Numbered from the stretch's first letter, positions 1 through 13,800 are shown. The stretch: 64,000 bases of DNA from Phoronis australis (GCA_002633005.1 NMRA01000203.1:628393-692392), one strand, 5' to 3'. Notes: a model not told the origin generated them from the letters alone. Translations and numbers: made by a program.

Positions 1-70
1 CACAAAAAAACATCAACCCGGTTCAAGTTATGCGCATATAAAATAATCTTAAGATGTAAGAGTGCATTGT

Positions 71-874
71 ATTTTATGCGCCCACATTTATGTTATGATA
101 GCCGTCCGGCGTCCGCTGCTCTTTCTCCAAAACCCTTTGACGTATATTCATGAATTGTATGTCGGACGGATCCGACAGCCGGTGTTCCCTGTAGTGGCAA
201 TTTTATTTTTTTTACATTTACCTCTGTATCTTCAAGTCCTCAACGAATTTTCATAAAATTTGGAATATAGGCATCCATTTGTGAGATGATGACATCCTCC
301 CATTTTCGGATCGATTTGACATATTTTGCACCACCTAGTGGCCATTTTTCTTGTTTTCGAGTCCGTTTTTTTGGCATCCGCCCCTGTATCAACCAAACCA
401 TTGCAAGGATGATTATGAAAATGGGCTTATATGTTCTCGCTGTGAAGAGGACGGTTGAGTATGACGACTTCAACTATTGTGGCGCTTCCTAGTGGCAGTT
501 TTGTTTTGTTTTGTGCCTTTAACTGTATCTCCTAAACCCACTTCATGGTCTTCATTAAATTTAGTAAATTTATTTATATGAAGTTGACAACGGACGACGT
601 CGAATTTCTGACGGATCTGCCGAACACCGAGTCCCCTAGTGGCAATTTCCTTTTTTCACTTTTCCTTTGTTTCTCTTAAGTTCCTTGACAGATTTTTATA
701 AAATTTAGTATAAATAGCTTTCTGATTAAAGAAACGATGGCATGTTCCCGTTTTCTAATAGATTCCACGTATTTTGTGCTATCTAGTGGCCATTTTAATA
801 TAAATAAACACCCATAGAAGTGCACCGTTTGTCGTGCATTTGTGGGCGCATTTCAACGCTCCGCGTTGCTCGTA
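71..874 (-). mobile_element. Helentron-associated (HINE/pearl-like) non-autonomous repeat with internal ~150-bp subrepeats
   Basis: Subterminal inverted repeat ATGCGCCCACA at ~76 and ~842-852; homologous in opposite orientation to 58692-60030. Confidence 0.6.
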
Positions 875-1603
875 ATTTACTTTAAGTCATTCGTATAACT
901 TTTATGCAACCGGGTACAAATCGGAAAGCACGAGCTATACACTACCTTTTTGCTTGTTGAATTGCAAGATTTTCTTTCAAATCCGCATTTTCAGCCGACG
1001 ATTCCAGAAAGCATGCGCACAAATGGTGGACCGTGGAGACTCGTTTGGGAAGAGGCATCCCACGGGGCGCTTGGGGCCTCTTCAAGACATTTTCAGAATC
1101 TAGGCGAGCTAACATGAATCCTGTTGCACTCCAGTAATAGCTTGTTACAGTTTCTTTTAGCTTTAGAGTAATATGTAGAAAATCTTCTTTCAAGGTCTTG
1201 AAATCCGTCGTTAAAATGTATAGATAATCGTAGAAACATCACTTCTGATACTCTCTTACACTCATTAAAGCACCACGTTTCTACCCAAAATACGATCCAC
1301 AACTGTGCTGGACCCTACTGCCGTTCTAGGATATTCCACAGATCATACATGTATTTTCTATTTTTACATAAAATTACAAGTACAGGTAAGAGTATAGGTA
1401 CAGGTAAGAGGAAACATCTAAATTTATTTTCAGCATACTTTGTAAACTGAATTTTTGTTTTAATTTTACTAAAACAAGCAATTTATTTATATTTTCCTTA
1501 TAACTAAATATCGTACAGATTTACTTGGAGGGCTTTTTTAAATTTATTGTCAAGTTTTCAGAGGAAACATCAAACATTAGCCGGTGGCTATTATCACTGA
1601 TAA

Positions 1604-1968
1604 TTAACATATAGTACATATACAGTTAACATATAGGACATATACAGTTAACATATAGGACATATACAGTTAACATATAGTACATATACCAGTTAACATA
1701 TAGTACATATACAGTTAACATATAGTACATATACCAGTTAACATATAGTACATATACCAGTTAACATATAGTACATATACCAGTTAACATATAGGACATA
1801 TACCAGTTAACATATAGTACATATACAGTTAACATATAGTACATATACCAGTTAACATATAGGACATATACAGTTAACATATAGTACATATACCAGTTAA
1901 CATATAGGACATATACCAGTTAACATATAGGACATATACCAGTTAACATATAGTACATATACAGTTAA
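1604..1968. repeat. Minisatellite, 22-23-bp unit CAGTTAACATATAG(T/G)ACATATA(C), about 16 copies
   Basis: Directly visible. Confidence 0.95.
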
Positions 1969-1993
1969 AATCGAACTGAGTAACTAGAGACCA

Positions 1994-2086
1994 GACTCAA
2001 GGGTCTGCTAGTGTTGTCAAGTGGGATTTGAACCCACCATCTTTTGATTGGGAATTGAATGCTTTACCACTAGACCACGCTGCACC
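1994..2086 (-). mobile_element. tRNA-derived SINE head
   Basis: A box TGGTCTAGTGG, B box GGTTCAAATCC; no intact cloverleaf. Confidence 0.6.
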
Positions 2087-2349
2087 TAAGGTATACGTAT
2101 CCGGCAGCCAGTTGCTCCGAGAAAGCTTAATCCCGCAATGACAAGAATACAACTTCATGGATATTGAATGTGAAATTCATGTGGCGTTACAATGCTAATC
2201 TTATCAAGGGAGTCCTGGTATAAGTTCACATTGTGGAAGCCCCCAGTTCCCGGATGCATGGAACAGTCCCTTATAATGACTCAACTAAGCTCCTTATTTT
2301 TTTGCATATTTGTGTCGTTTTTTACTCACAGATTGATATTTCCATCATT

Positions 2350-2700
2350 TTATCTTTATTGTGAGCTCCTCTTTGACTAAATTTTCTGATAATATAACTA
2401 AAATCTGAACCCTCAATTCATTGAAAGTAAAACTTGACTTAGTCCACATTTAGGAGCGTTGTATGAAAAGATCCCCATTTAATTTCAATTTAATTTCAAC
2501 GATATTGAGAATTCAACGCAGAAATCCCCCTCGCTTTGTATCAAAGCCAAAAATTGACTTAGTAATGGAATTAAAACAGCATAAGAAGGGATATTCAGTG
2601 TTTTCACAAGTCTGCAAGCGTACATTAGATTTAGGGAACTTGGTTGAATCTCTATTTGGGACTGTTTCATTGCAACCGGGTACTGTATTCTCTACTTGCA
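2350..2700 (+). repeat. Interspersed repeat, second copy at ~45081-45345
   Basis: Shared blocks ATCTTTATTGTGAGCTCCTCTTT, ATTGAGAATTCAACG, TGACTTAGTAA, CAAGTCTGCAA, GCAACCGG. Confidence 0.65.
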
Positions 2701-2970
2701 CACTTTGGTGGCGCTATAAATAATGATTGTTGTGCATTGCTTTTTAGGGCACAATGCCTCGTTTTAGCATCAATTTCAACAACTCAAACGTGAAAGTGCG
2801 CGCGTTCCAAACATGCAGAACCATTTGTGGTTTGGACACAACACTTCATTTTCAATCATAATGGCGAATTTGTACAAGTAGTGAATGTAATCGATTTTTT
2901 TGCGAAATCTCCGTCTTTTCTCATCGCATCGTTCCTCAATTGTGTTGATTTCATCCTAACTGACAAAATT

Positions 2971-3238
2971 TTACAAAGGATCGTCTTTATTTATTTCGTA
3001 CACAACAGTGTCTCCTGTGGACTCGTTGACAGCGTGATCATTTTCATGGTTGCCATTTGATATTGAGCTCACGTGAGTCTCGTTGATACCGCTGCCCGGT
3101 CGACCACCGCGACTCCTGGGCCCGGCAGTACCGGGCCTCATCGACCCTAAGTCATCCAAATCGATTGCGTCGTTCTCATAAGACTTGCCTTTGATTTCGT
3201 TGTTTTGAATACCGCCTTCGGTCAGCCGAGATCTCAAC
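2971..3238 (-). CDS. Lectin-D8C receptor last exon: cytoplasmic tail (RLRSRL...SYENDAIDL...VVYEINKDDPL*)
   Basis: ctcaacag acceptor, phase 2 matches the TM exon; TAA at 2971-2973. Confidence 0.85.
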
Positions 3239-3388
3239 CTGTTGAGAGCGATAATGTAAAGGCGTATGAGTTGAGGTTACCGTTTTGATTTTTTGTGAAC
3301 TTTTTACCCTTAATAAATTCAATGACATTGTTTATTCGTTTCATAACTTGATATTTAAATTTGATATTATGCTTCAATTAACATTATC

Positions 3389-3540
3389 CCGGGGCGGATC
3401 CAGGACTTTTAGTTAGGAGTTGCCAGGACAGAGTATTAGTCAGGATTCTGCCCGTCAGACGTTCGCACCCCCGAACTGCCAAATGGAATCTGGGAGAGTT
3501 TTGGGGCATGGCCCACTTGCCCCCTTTAAATCCGCTACTG
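3389..3540. mobile_element. MITE family A (CAGTGGCGGATC-type TIR, hAT-like), 5-bp TSD TTATC; partial copy at 13690-13810
   Basis: TIRs and TSD visible at both ends. Confidence 0.75.
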
Positions 3541-3673
3541 TTATCTGTTCAGCTTCACGTGCAAATGTCCTGTAAATTTCCCGGAGCTATTAGATCAATG
3601 CCATCAAACCTTCTTTTGAAAAATTATCATGCCATCATTTTGTTATAACGATACTGAACACGATTCTTATTAC

Positions 3674-3848
3674 CTGAACGCATAATATACCAGTAGTCCA
3701 ATGACAACGAGGCTAATTACGAATAATATGATCATCGCAGTCATGCCTCCTTGAGCTCCCGAGCAGTCGGTAGTGGTTGGTTTGTCGGTCGGCTGGACCA
3801 CCACTGGGTTTTTTGACGGTGGGCAATTGTCTTTCAACAGTACTGGCA
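3674..3848 (-). CDS. Lectin-D8C receptor exon: stalk and transmembrane helix (MIILFVISLVVIGLLVYYAF)
   Basis: ttacag acceptor, gtaata donor; phase 1->2; 20+ aa hydrophobic run followed by basic residues. Confidence 0.88.
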
Positions 3849-4214
3849 CTGTAAGATAATATTCCAAAAATCAAACAGAATAGCAGATACTAGAATCAGT
3901 ATTCGGCAGTTTGTTCAAAGCCAACCAACGGGTCCTGACGACTTGGAACTAAACTGAAAGGTTCCATGTCAAATCAAACCCGCAATAACCAATCAAGCAC
4001 GTCTATAGACGTACCCGTGTAACAAAGTCCGAGTTTGAGCACTCGCGATGTGACCTTCAGTTGCAAACGCCAGTTCGCAGGATAGGCCCTAAACGCAAAG
4101 TGTTTGCACATATTAGCCTTCCTTAAAAGATGCATTCAATACATGAACTGAATGATCATAGTCTTACTAAATCCACTCCTTTCGAAAGCCTGCAGCAGTA
4201 CATGACAAGCCTAC

Positions 4215-4345
4215 ATGGTGCAATGGTTAGGATAGGTACGCCTAGCTGTCGATTTTCGCCACTGGGGTTCGATTCTCGGCGTTGTCATTACAGTGGGGGC
4301 CATGTATCTACTGTGCCTCTGATGAACACGAAAAATAGCGGTCCA
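4215..4345 (+). mobile_element. tRNA-derived SINE fragment
   Basis: TGGTGCAATGG A box, GGTTCGATTCT B box. Confidence 0.5.
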
Positions 4346-5301
4346 CACTTGCGGTAGTCCACAGCTTGTTGAAATTTGATGGTGTATAAACTCAATGGTT
4401 AATTACCAAGTGACAAAGACAAAAATTGTAATACATGGTCTTTCTTGGCAGTCTTCAAATTACAATTGGTTGCATCGAACACCACTTAAAACGGATTAAT
4501 TTCAAATAAGGTTAAATCCTGGTAGTAGACAAACAGTGATGCTGCTATAAACCTGCGTTCCGAGAAAGAAAGAAACGAATTTTCGATTAAGATCACTTTT
4601 CGCTATAAAACTGGACTCAACTTTTTCGTATTCAGTCGAGAAGCATATTCTAGGCTGGGAATGTATGAACAAGTCCTTACCTCTGTAGAACATGGTAAGT
4701 GCACAAAATAATCCGCCTCGACAAGCCAGCTTGTGAGTCACTTTTGAACCTGGTCTCGAATTGGGAAGAATGTTGCAACTCGACCTTCAGTCTCGTTGGG
4801 ACATTCACAGACGAAATGAATTCTCGCCGGATAGGATATGACAGTAGTATTCATATATGGGATAACTTTTTTATAACTTATCAGGCAGAACGTTACGTTG
4901 AATAGGAAATATCATTTTTTATTTCGTTAAAAATTATATGAAATCATTCTACCGTGAATAAAAACACTACAATAATTTTGTCGAACTTGATTTTTACTTA
5001 AGAACGTTGTGCCTGCCCAGTAGCACATTGTTCTCACGAATCCCATTTTGTAGTCTGCATTGTTCTTGATCAGTCTAAACGAGAACTCGGAGCACAGTGC
5101 CGATGTAAAATGCTGATGTCAACCAATGGTGTCCGTGCTAAAATTAATAAGTCAATCAGCGTCTCATTAGGTTCGATTAGTTATAATCATAATATGACAC
5201 ATGCGCTGAAATGGAATGAATGGTCGAACCGGCTTGGGTTACATTCACCGTGAAAAAGGGTAGTGTCAAAGGTTAAATTCAATCTATGCATGCATGCTTA
5301 C

Positions 5302-5367
5302 TTTTCATGCATCCAGGGGAAAACCCGTTGTACGACGTACTGCCGTCTGGGCAAGGCGTTTCCGAAC
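5302..5367 (-). CDS. Lectin-D8C receptor exon: GSETPCPDGSTSYNGFSPGCMK (module that follows D8C in invertebrate VWDE-like proteins)
   Basis: ttttcag acceptor, gtaagc donor, phase 1->1; too short for the ORF track. Confidence 0.85.
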
Positions 5368-5599
5368 CTGAAAATATACATAAAGGCTTAAAATAGTGAA
5401 TTCAGTTTTATTTCGAGAAACATCCAAGTTTACATATGTGTAATTTTCCAAAGCTTTGAGTTTCTAAAAGTTCGCCGACGATTCATGCAGTTTACTAATT
5501 TTATTGCTTTACATAGCGCTGCCATCCATTGATAGAAGGCAGTTCCAAAGGTCTGGTTCTTAAATACACCAAGACAAGCTGGATAACTTGGGAAAATCA

Positions 5600-7998
5600 A
5601 ATGATATTGTTGGCAATATTTATAAACCTCCCAAAGTAATCGTAGGAGAAAAACCTGAGTCGGGGTGATATTGTTGGCAATATTTATAAACCTCCCAAAG
5701 AAAATGACAATTTAAACATTCGGACATCTCTAGATGATTTTAATCCACTGATTAATGAACTTGGGCACACCAACTCCCATGTCATGTTGGCAGACAAATA
5801 TGAATCTCTTAAAAGAGGTTCTTGTTCGGGTAGTTCTACAACTCACTGAGAATGAATGGGAAAAGTAATCGTAGGAGAAAAACCATATAAAGACACGGAG
5901 TTGTAGAATTACCCGAACAAGAGCCTCTCAACCACTTTTAAGAGATTCATATTAAAATCGCCTGCCAACATGACATGGGAGTTGGTTTGCCCAAGTTCAT
6001 TAATCAATGGATTAAAATACTCTAGAAATGTCCGAATGTTTAAATTGTCATTTTCTTTGGGAGGTTTATAAATATTGCCAACAATATCACCCCGACTCAG
6101 GTTTTTCTCCTACGATTACTTTTCCCATTCATTTCTCCGAATTTTCTGCAAATTTAATACGTCTTCTAACATTGATCCAGTTCCGGGATCTATATTTCTA
6201 ATATCTCTGATAATTTACCTATTTTCTGTTGTTTTAAGAGAACAATTAAAAAGAGCAAATGGTCCCAAATTTACTTGCAGAAATGTTATTAATGACGATA
6301 GATTGAAAAGGGTGTTTGATGAATCTTGTGCATATAATGTACATGTAGTTTCTCACATGGATTCAAGGTTGAAAGGTGATCCAATCTTGTGCATACAATG
6401 TACATGTAGTTTCTCACATGGATTCAAGGTTGAATGGTGATCCAATGTGAACTATAACTTACTTCAGGACTCTTGCTTGTTTGAATAAGTTCAGTACAGA
6501 AAGAAAAGTAGGATTCAATAAATACAAGCACAAAAATAATCTTTGGATCTCCCAAGATATTTTAAACTCTCTTAGGTTTAGAGACAGGCTTTATAGACGA
6601 CTCAAGTCAGCCCCCCAAAATGCTATTAATTTTGTCTCATTGAAAACAAACCTAAAAACATCGTTCTAAAAAAAGTTATGAAAAGTTCTAAGGGACTTTG
6701 GTTAGTGACGAGGGTGAGATTTTAAATCATTTTAATAATCATTTTAGTAACATTGCCTGACACTGTCTACCTATTCGTTCTTCGAATGTGTTCCATATGT
6801 ATATTTAAGCATGTGAATCGGCTGCTAGATTTGACTTTGAACCAATTTCCCAATTGATATTGGAAAAGTAACAAATTCTTTTCCAGCTAAACCTACTTGT
6901 GGCCGTGATGGCATATCCATGAAAATAATAAACTGGTAAAGTAATCCACTGATTGAAGCTCTGTATGTTGTGTGTAACCAGTCCATTTCCAAGCAAATTT
7001 TTGAAGACAACTTAAAAATTGCCATGATGTATATTCTTGTATTCCAAAAGGGGACCCGTTGTTTTTATATAATCACAGGCCTATCTCTATTCTTCCTTGG
7101 TTTTCCAAGATTTTTGAAAAACTTATCTATAATCAACTTTACGATTATGTTCAGTCTAATGGCTTGCTACATCCTGCCCAATATGGTTTTCGTGGGGCAC
7201 TCTACAGTTCTGGCTTTAGTTGAAATTATGGATAGAATTGTCAAGGATATGGAAAGCAATAAATTGCCTCTGGCCATCCTAATTTATCTTTCCAACTTTC
7301 CAAAGCTTTTGACTCTTTAAAGGCATTCGATTTTACTCGACAAGCTTCTATAGTATAGTTGCAATCCCTTGTATTTAGTTTTTTGAGAAACTATGTCTCT
7401 AATTGGACTCAGCATGTTCAGATTAATAACACAAAATCTAACACAGCTCCAATTTTGCGGGGTGTCCCACAGGGGTCTATACTGGTTCCGTTATTATTCA
7501 CCATTTATATGAAGGATTTTGTAAAGTGCACGAGTTTCTTTGACGGCATACTTTATGCTGATGATACTACTATTGTTAACGGTATTCCTAGTACATTGTC
7601 TGTTAATGAGTCACGTATTTTTGTGGCGAGCTGGAGAAGATTCAGTCTTGGTTGTTAACCTTCATGTAAGTGTTTCTCAAAAAATACCCATTCGTTGTCT
7701 TCTGTTATAAACCATTCTAAGAACGTTTGTTTTGAAAGTTATGAACTTGAGTGCATTATTCCCAACTGCTTTGTGTGTAACTTTTTTCGATAAGCTTTCC
7801 TAGTCGTTTTGCTTGAAGTTTTAAATTTTATTATCACCCAATTTTGTAATTCTTATTATCTGTAACATTGTATTTTTTACTTCTCTGGTGGCTCTGTGGT
7901 CAGCGGACCCTTCGGGTCCTACACGGAGTCTCCATAAGCTTTAATTTGTATTAATTGTATTTTTGTCTTAACGTGAATAAATTGTATTACTACTACTA
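5600..7998 (+). mobile_element. Degenerate CR1/L2-group LINE (AP endonuclease and reverse transcriptase fragments, 3' tail)
   Basis: IVGNIYKPP and VMLAGDFN endonuclease motifs; GVPQGSIL.PLLF and LYADDTT RT motifs; frameshifts; AATAAA plus (TAC)n tail. Confidence 0.88.
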
Positions 7999-8555
7999 CG
8001 CGGCTACGACATGTTCCCAGCTTACAGCATTATCGACAATTTCTGAATACATTTCCCATGGTATTAAGAAACGAAATCGTAAAATTGGAACGAACTTTTT
8101 GGTCTCTTTTGTCCCCCAAAGCACGTTCAGGTAGACTTCTGGAAAAAGGGTCATGAAAAAAAGCAAAACAAGGAATTACCGTCGCTGGGAGAAAATAAAT
8201 ATACTCTGTCTGTCACAGTAGCACACTTACAAACACACACAAGCGTTCGTGCCCTCCAAACGGTATAATTACGGTGGGTTGGAATAGGACAGCTCGTGAC
8301 TTTTCTTAACGCATATCATTATAGGCACAGATACTTAGTTCGTCCACAGAGATAGCAAGTTGAATGAAATCGATTGATTTGTCAACCATATGATCCAACA
8401 TACATTTTGAATCCAAGGACAACCGTGTCCATTAAATGATTATAAAGACAGAAAAAGTGTCGTGAAAATTGCCACATGCCGTCCTTTTACGACCACCGTA
8501 CTAATTACCATTTGATTGCCTAAGACAAAATAAAAATCACTGTTGGTGGACAAAC

Positions 8556-8714
8556 CTGCGCAGTAGACTGCTGGGCATGTCAGAGGTGTCAGATAGTGCA
8601 CGTAAAACCCGTCACATATTTTGACGCGAATTGTCAGGGCTTTGTGACAGCAGTTGTCGTCCTTCACAGTACAGGCAGCGGCATACACGTCGTTATAGCG
8701 ATAAACTTTGGTGT
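8556..8714 (-). CDS. Lectin-D8C receptor exon: C-half of D8C domain (AC...NCC...IRVKICDGFYVHYL...CPAVYCA)
   Basis: CC..IxVKxCxxFYVxxL..C..YC motif; ccag acceptor, gtttgt donor; phase 1->1. Confidence 0.9.
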
Positions 8715-10881
8715 CTGGGATTAAAAAGAGATATAGATGGACGTTACATTACAAATCCACTGGACATTCAGCGTTGTGATGGTGAATGATAAATTCTTAG
8801 TTTACTATTGTACGTGTTCGTAACAGAAGATGAACAAAGACATGTGCTCCGGTTTCAAACAAGTGTTTGAATATGACGTTTAACACAATTATTTGTGTTA
8901 AGCAGCAAATTTCAGAATTGCTTTTAAGCTTCTGTTCATTGTGTGTTCTGTCACTTTGAACTTCACAGCATGCTCCATAAAAAGGCTCTAATAAAAATCC
9001 CGGTATCAAATCAAAATACAAATTTAAGCTAACTAGCGGTGTTAATGATTAGAAATGGCTCGCTCCACCGTATCTGAAGGGAGAAAGCAAAATTCAAATT
9101 AAAACGAGTCTTTTTGTGATGGAGTATCTGATATCTCAAAATAATTACTAACTCTAATTAATTCCAGAGTACAAAATGGTCTATTAAAAAACTCGAAATC
9201 ATGCATAACGCAATAACAAACCCCTGTTTGTGTTTCTGAGATGCCGTGTTGAAAGAAAAATGATTTTTTTACAATTACATAAAATCACATGATTGAGTGA
9301 GAATAATAATATTAGATAACAGCAGGACATTTCCATATGTGACAAACGTGCGATCGGAGAATGCTTTAATCAATTGTGAAAAAATCCATCGTAAATAATT
9401 AATACACAAATTGTTAGGTATCATTGATAGCTTTCAATGCATGTATTAACTTTTGCCTTATCTCTTTCTTTGCCTGACTGTGAAAATTGCACGTTGGATA
9501 TGTTGAAAGTGTTAGTAGAAGCACTGGTCATTAAATTTGAGATCTCAAATATGAATTTCCAAGACACAGGTCAAGAAAAGTAACTTAAACTGTATGCTCA
9601 GTCTCTTGTGTCCGCATCATAGACATCTATTTTCAGATGCCTATGGTCCGCATCATAAACATCTATTTTCAGATGCCGCATTCTGTAGTATCTAATAGTG
9701 GTCTCTGCAGGTTGTAGTTTTTTTACACAATTCTCTTTCGTTTCGCGTGAATTGTTTTAGATTTCTCTCCTTTGACGATGACTTATGTCCCATCGAAGAT
9801 TCAGGGTAAAATGTAATATGTACGTAATATGTATTCATCTTCTCTTCGCTTTCGCAATAAATATCGAGTAGCTATACATGCTTATACCGCTTGCATAGTA
9901 CACTTCTAAATCAATATATCTGGTGCGTTTTTTTCGCTATTTTGAGAACATATAACTAGCCTAAAAGATAGTTCAGGATACGAATCATGGTGGTGTAGCA
10001 GCAAACAGGGTCAATATCCAAGTCCCGGCAAAACATGATTGTTTACTAAATAAGATTTCCATGAAATTTTGTTCAGATGGACAACTGAGAGACTCCACTA
10101 AAACTTTTTTCCTTGAGGACGTTTCATCATCACACAAACATCAGGCCTTTCAGCTAACAATGTACAAACTAAACACGAACATGTATACAAAAGCAATAAA
10201 CGTCAATAACAAGGCGTGCCACCTGCTCACACTTGTTTTGACCACTTCTCGTCATAAACTGTTTTTTTGCAAAATGTGCGTTTATAGCAATAATAAGTAC
10301 ACGTAGAAAGTTTGTTTTTGTAGCGGTCGCTGTTATATCGTGGATGTGAAAGTTTCGTTATTTGTGACAGTTGTGCATGGCCTGGGAAAGCCGTGCAACG
10401 GTGCGCATGAACAATTATAGAGTTCCGTAACTTTTAGAATGTCATGCTTCTCCTTTCTCACCCCACGTCAGCCGCAATGTGGTATGGGTGTAAAAGGCAT
10501 TTGCAGGCAGACAGACAGGATTAGACAATTGTCAAAACTGAATAAATATTGGAGATCATCACTCATCCCATCCAATAAGCAAAATATTTGTAGATTTTCT
10601 ACTGGACTTACTTCATTTACTTCGTAAGTCAACACTTGCGCATTATTTTACATACGCGCCAAAGTATGAAGCGCCAAAGAGTTTTTTTCGTACCTGCGCG
10701 TTGAAGTGTGTTCATCCAACTGGCACATTTGCTTATCAACGCGCATAATTGTGCAAGATTACAGTCAGTAGGCCTGCGTACCGTAGAGAGGAGCTGATCA
10801 AACTGCGCGTTGAATAAACGCAGAGAGGCAGTTCTTTATTATCCCGTATATATATGTGAATACGGCCAGCGAATACGCCAA

Positions 10882-13800
10882 AGACCCTATTCACGCCGAC
10901 AGGAGGCGCGTTCCAAAACGAGGCTCGCTACGATAGTTCTGGTGGCTTATCCGCGTAGTTGTACCAAAGATTTTATAGATACCTAAGATCTCCGACTTAT
11001 GACCTAAATAGTCACAGCGTTACAAGTAGCGCCACCTTCTGGAAGGCGCTCAAATACAGCCATAATAACACGGATGACTGCAATGCCACTGTGTCATCTG
11101 GTGCTTACAAAATACTTTGTTTCGCTTGCCTAACGATAAGGAGAGGTATGTGTATATTCATTATGTATTCCATACTACTATTGGCAAGTACTGATCGGAG
11201 AATAGGAGACAGCAGTAGAGCAGGCCTACATATTCATTAGGGATAGTTACCAGTAGTTGACAATACTGAGGACCACAGCATGGTGGTATGAAACTCATTC
11301 GGTAGTGGCTGCACATCTTCTGCCAGGAATGTAAAAAAATTGAAGTGGAGTTGTATCAGCTGTGTTTGGTTAAAGAAGAGTAGTCTACAGTTCAGGCTAC
11401 AGGGTCAGACCCAGTGTCCTGGTCAGCTGGCCTTGTTTACTGTGTGAAAACAGGGGTGAGATAGCTTTTAGGTTTAGTGGAGAATGTTTGCAAGCTTGTT
11501 GTTTGTTGGCGTGTAGACTATTTCTCAGTGTATGGTTCAATTTTAGTTGTGCGAGTTGGGTGCAGACTATGCATAGATCTGACCTAGCCAGGAAATCCTT
11601 AGAAGAGCTACATAACATGCGATTGTGTGGTCGCCATATCCAAGAGGAACAATTCACTTATCAACTAAAATAAGAAACTGTTGTTTTGGTGTAAACTGTC
11701 TGATTTGATGTGTTGGTATGAAGTTCCCAGGCACTACTCTGCATTATCACAGGATACGCGTGCCTCCGGCTGTCTTGCTGAAGAATTTGTAACCTAAACA
11801 GGGATTATTGAGTCAACTTCTTTCTTAGAACAGTAAACAAACCTTATTTTTGATACATTCTGCTGTACCCACACAGCTTGTTTCCCATACCCGCATCCAG
11901 GGTCTTCTGGGGCTCGAAGGAGCCCCCCTATTTGGCGTAGTGGACAAAAAGTTTTGCCCCAAAGAAACAAAAACTCCGAAAAAAGTAGAAAATGAGACAG
12001 AAGTCCACTTCCACCAATCTTTTCTTAGTTATAGGTACACATTCTCAAAAATTCGAGACCCCCATTTTTAGGCTGGGTGCGCGTGCATGTACTTGCTATA
12101 CTCCACAACATATCAGAAGGTGTGTCTTTCATACTAACCACTTGTGGAAGTTGGTCTCATTTTTGTCTGGCAAAACTCTCTTTGAAGTATAAGTTTTAAG
12201 GGGCATGTCTATGTGACATCAGAGTTGCTGTACTATTATATTAGTCCTGATGCAGACCCAAGCAGAGCGTGTTTAAATTGCAAAACTTAAAATAAAGGGC
12301 TACTGTGAACCTGTTAAACTATATATTTTTTGATAACTTTGGGGATTCGCATTTACCCTGACGTACAGTTTGAGGTTAATGCCCAAGGAGTTGTATTGAT
12401 GCCATTGTCTTCATATGAAATGGTCAATAGTCATAGAACATTGATTGATTAGTCTGAAGTAGACTAATTATATGCAGTATAAGTGGGAAAACTTTTCTTG
12501 GTGATATTTTCATTGTACCTCGAACCACATACATTATCCATGACAACTATTTTTATGTTGGCAAAATCAAATTTATTGTCTTTAATATTGCAGTTATTCC
12601 AGAACATTAGTACTGTAGAAGTGCTAGGTCTCATAGCTGAGATATTTGTATTGACATGTATTGTATAATGTATTTTAAACATGGAATGTTGTTTTCATAC
12701 AGTTTATCAATTGTGTGTTAAAATCAAAATGCTTGTAATATCTTTTGAACTGATGTTAGAATAAAAATGATATTGATCCACATGCTCTTATTTATTATTA
12801 CTCTACTTTTGTTTATGTAGTGAGTATTATTTATTATTCATATTTATTTTATTCCGTGTCTTTCAGCAACAAGAACTATGATAAAAATATGACAAAATAT
12901 TATGCTAAAATATTATATAAATTACTGTTGTATTTACTTGATTCTGGAGCTATACTTAGAAAACCATGTGGAAAATGTCATTCTATTAAATTCAGGCGGT
13001 TGCTTTCATACCAGTCTTAGCCCTGGCAAAGTCTTAATCAATTAAAGTTAAATATCAAAATAATTAAATATTATCATAATTGCATAAACTTCCATGTAAA
13101 TACAAATGATGTTTCCTCAAGATTGATATTGTATTGTATTGCTATGCTTACAAAGGGATCTGAAAAATATTGAATGGCATTTGCTTTCATTCTAGTATTA
13201 TTGCATCACGATGATTATCGAATTGGCCATAACATCATCAAAAATTATGTTTTCCTCAAGTAAATTATAAATTTAATTCACAAAAATTGGTTTTATGTCT
13301 AAAAACGTGTTTTTATTCAAGTTAGTTACCAAAGGCTCAGACCTGGTTTGAGGGTCTCCGAATACAACTTGGTCTCCAGCTAATAGGTGGCGCTGTTCCA
13401 AATGTGTGACTAGGCAAATTACACTAGGACGGCCATCTTGGGATATAGTATCTTTGGTTGTACTCCGCGTTGCTCGAACAGCTAGAAAAAATACGAACAC
13501 TCTGTTTTACAATCCCTAAGGACGTTGGGATTCGGAAGCGTTTGGTCCTTGCCATACGCCGCGACGAAGGAAAATATGTCCGTGTAAAATTTATTTACTG
13601 TTTTCGAATCATAATTTGTCGCATCTTGGACAGGATGCTGCCATAGCAACGAGGACCGGAGAATCTTCGGTCAGCCAGGCTGTGTTTTCNGAGTATTAGC
13701 CAGGATTTTGCCGTCAGAAATTCGCGCTCCTGAACTGCCAAATGGAATCTGGGGGAATTTTAGGGGGGGCTGGGGCATAGCCCCTTGGCTCCCCTCTAAA

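Noticed and set aside
1604-1968. Regular short repeats resembling a CRISPR array (also 45740-46016)
   Set aside because: Head-to-tail units with no unique spacers, no cas genes, eukaryotic context
1994-2086. Functional tRNA genes (also 4215 and 54861)
   Set aside because: A and B boxes are present but acceptor and anticodon stems do not form; treated as SINE-like
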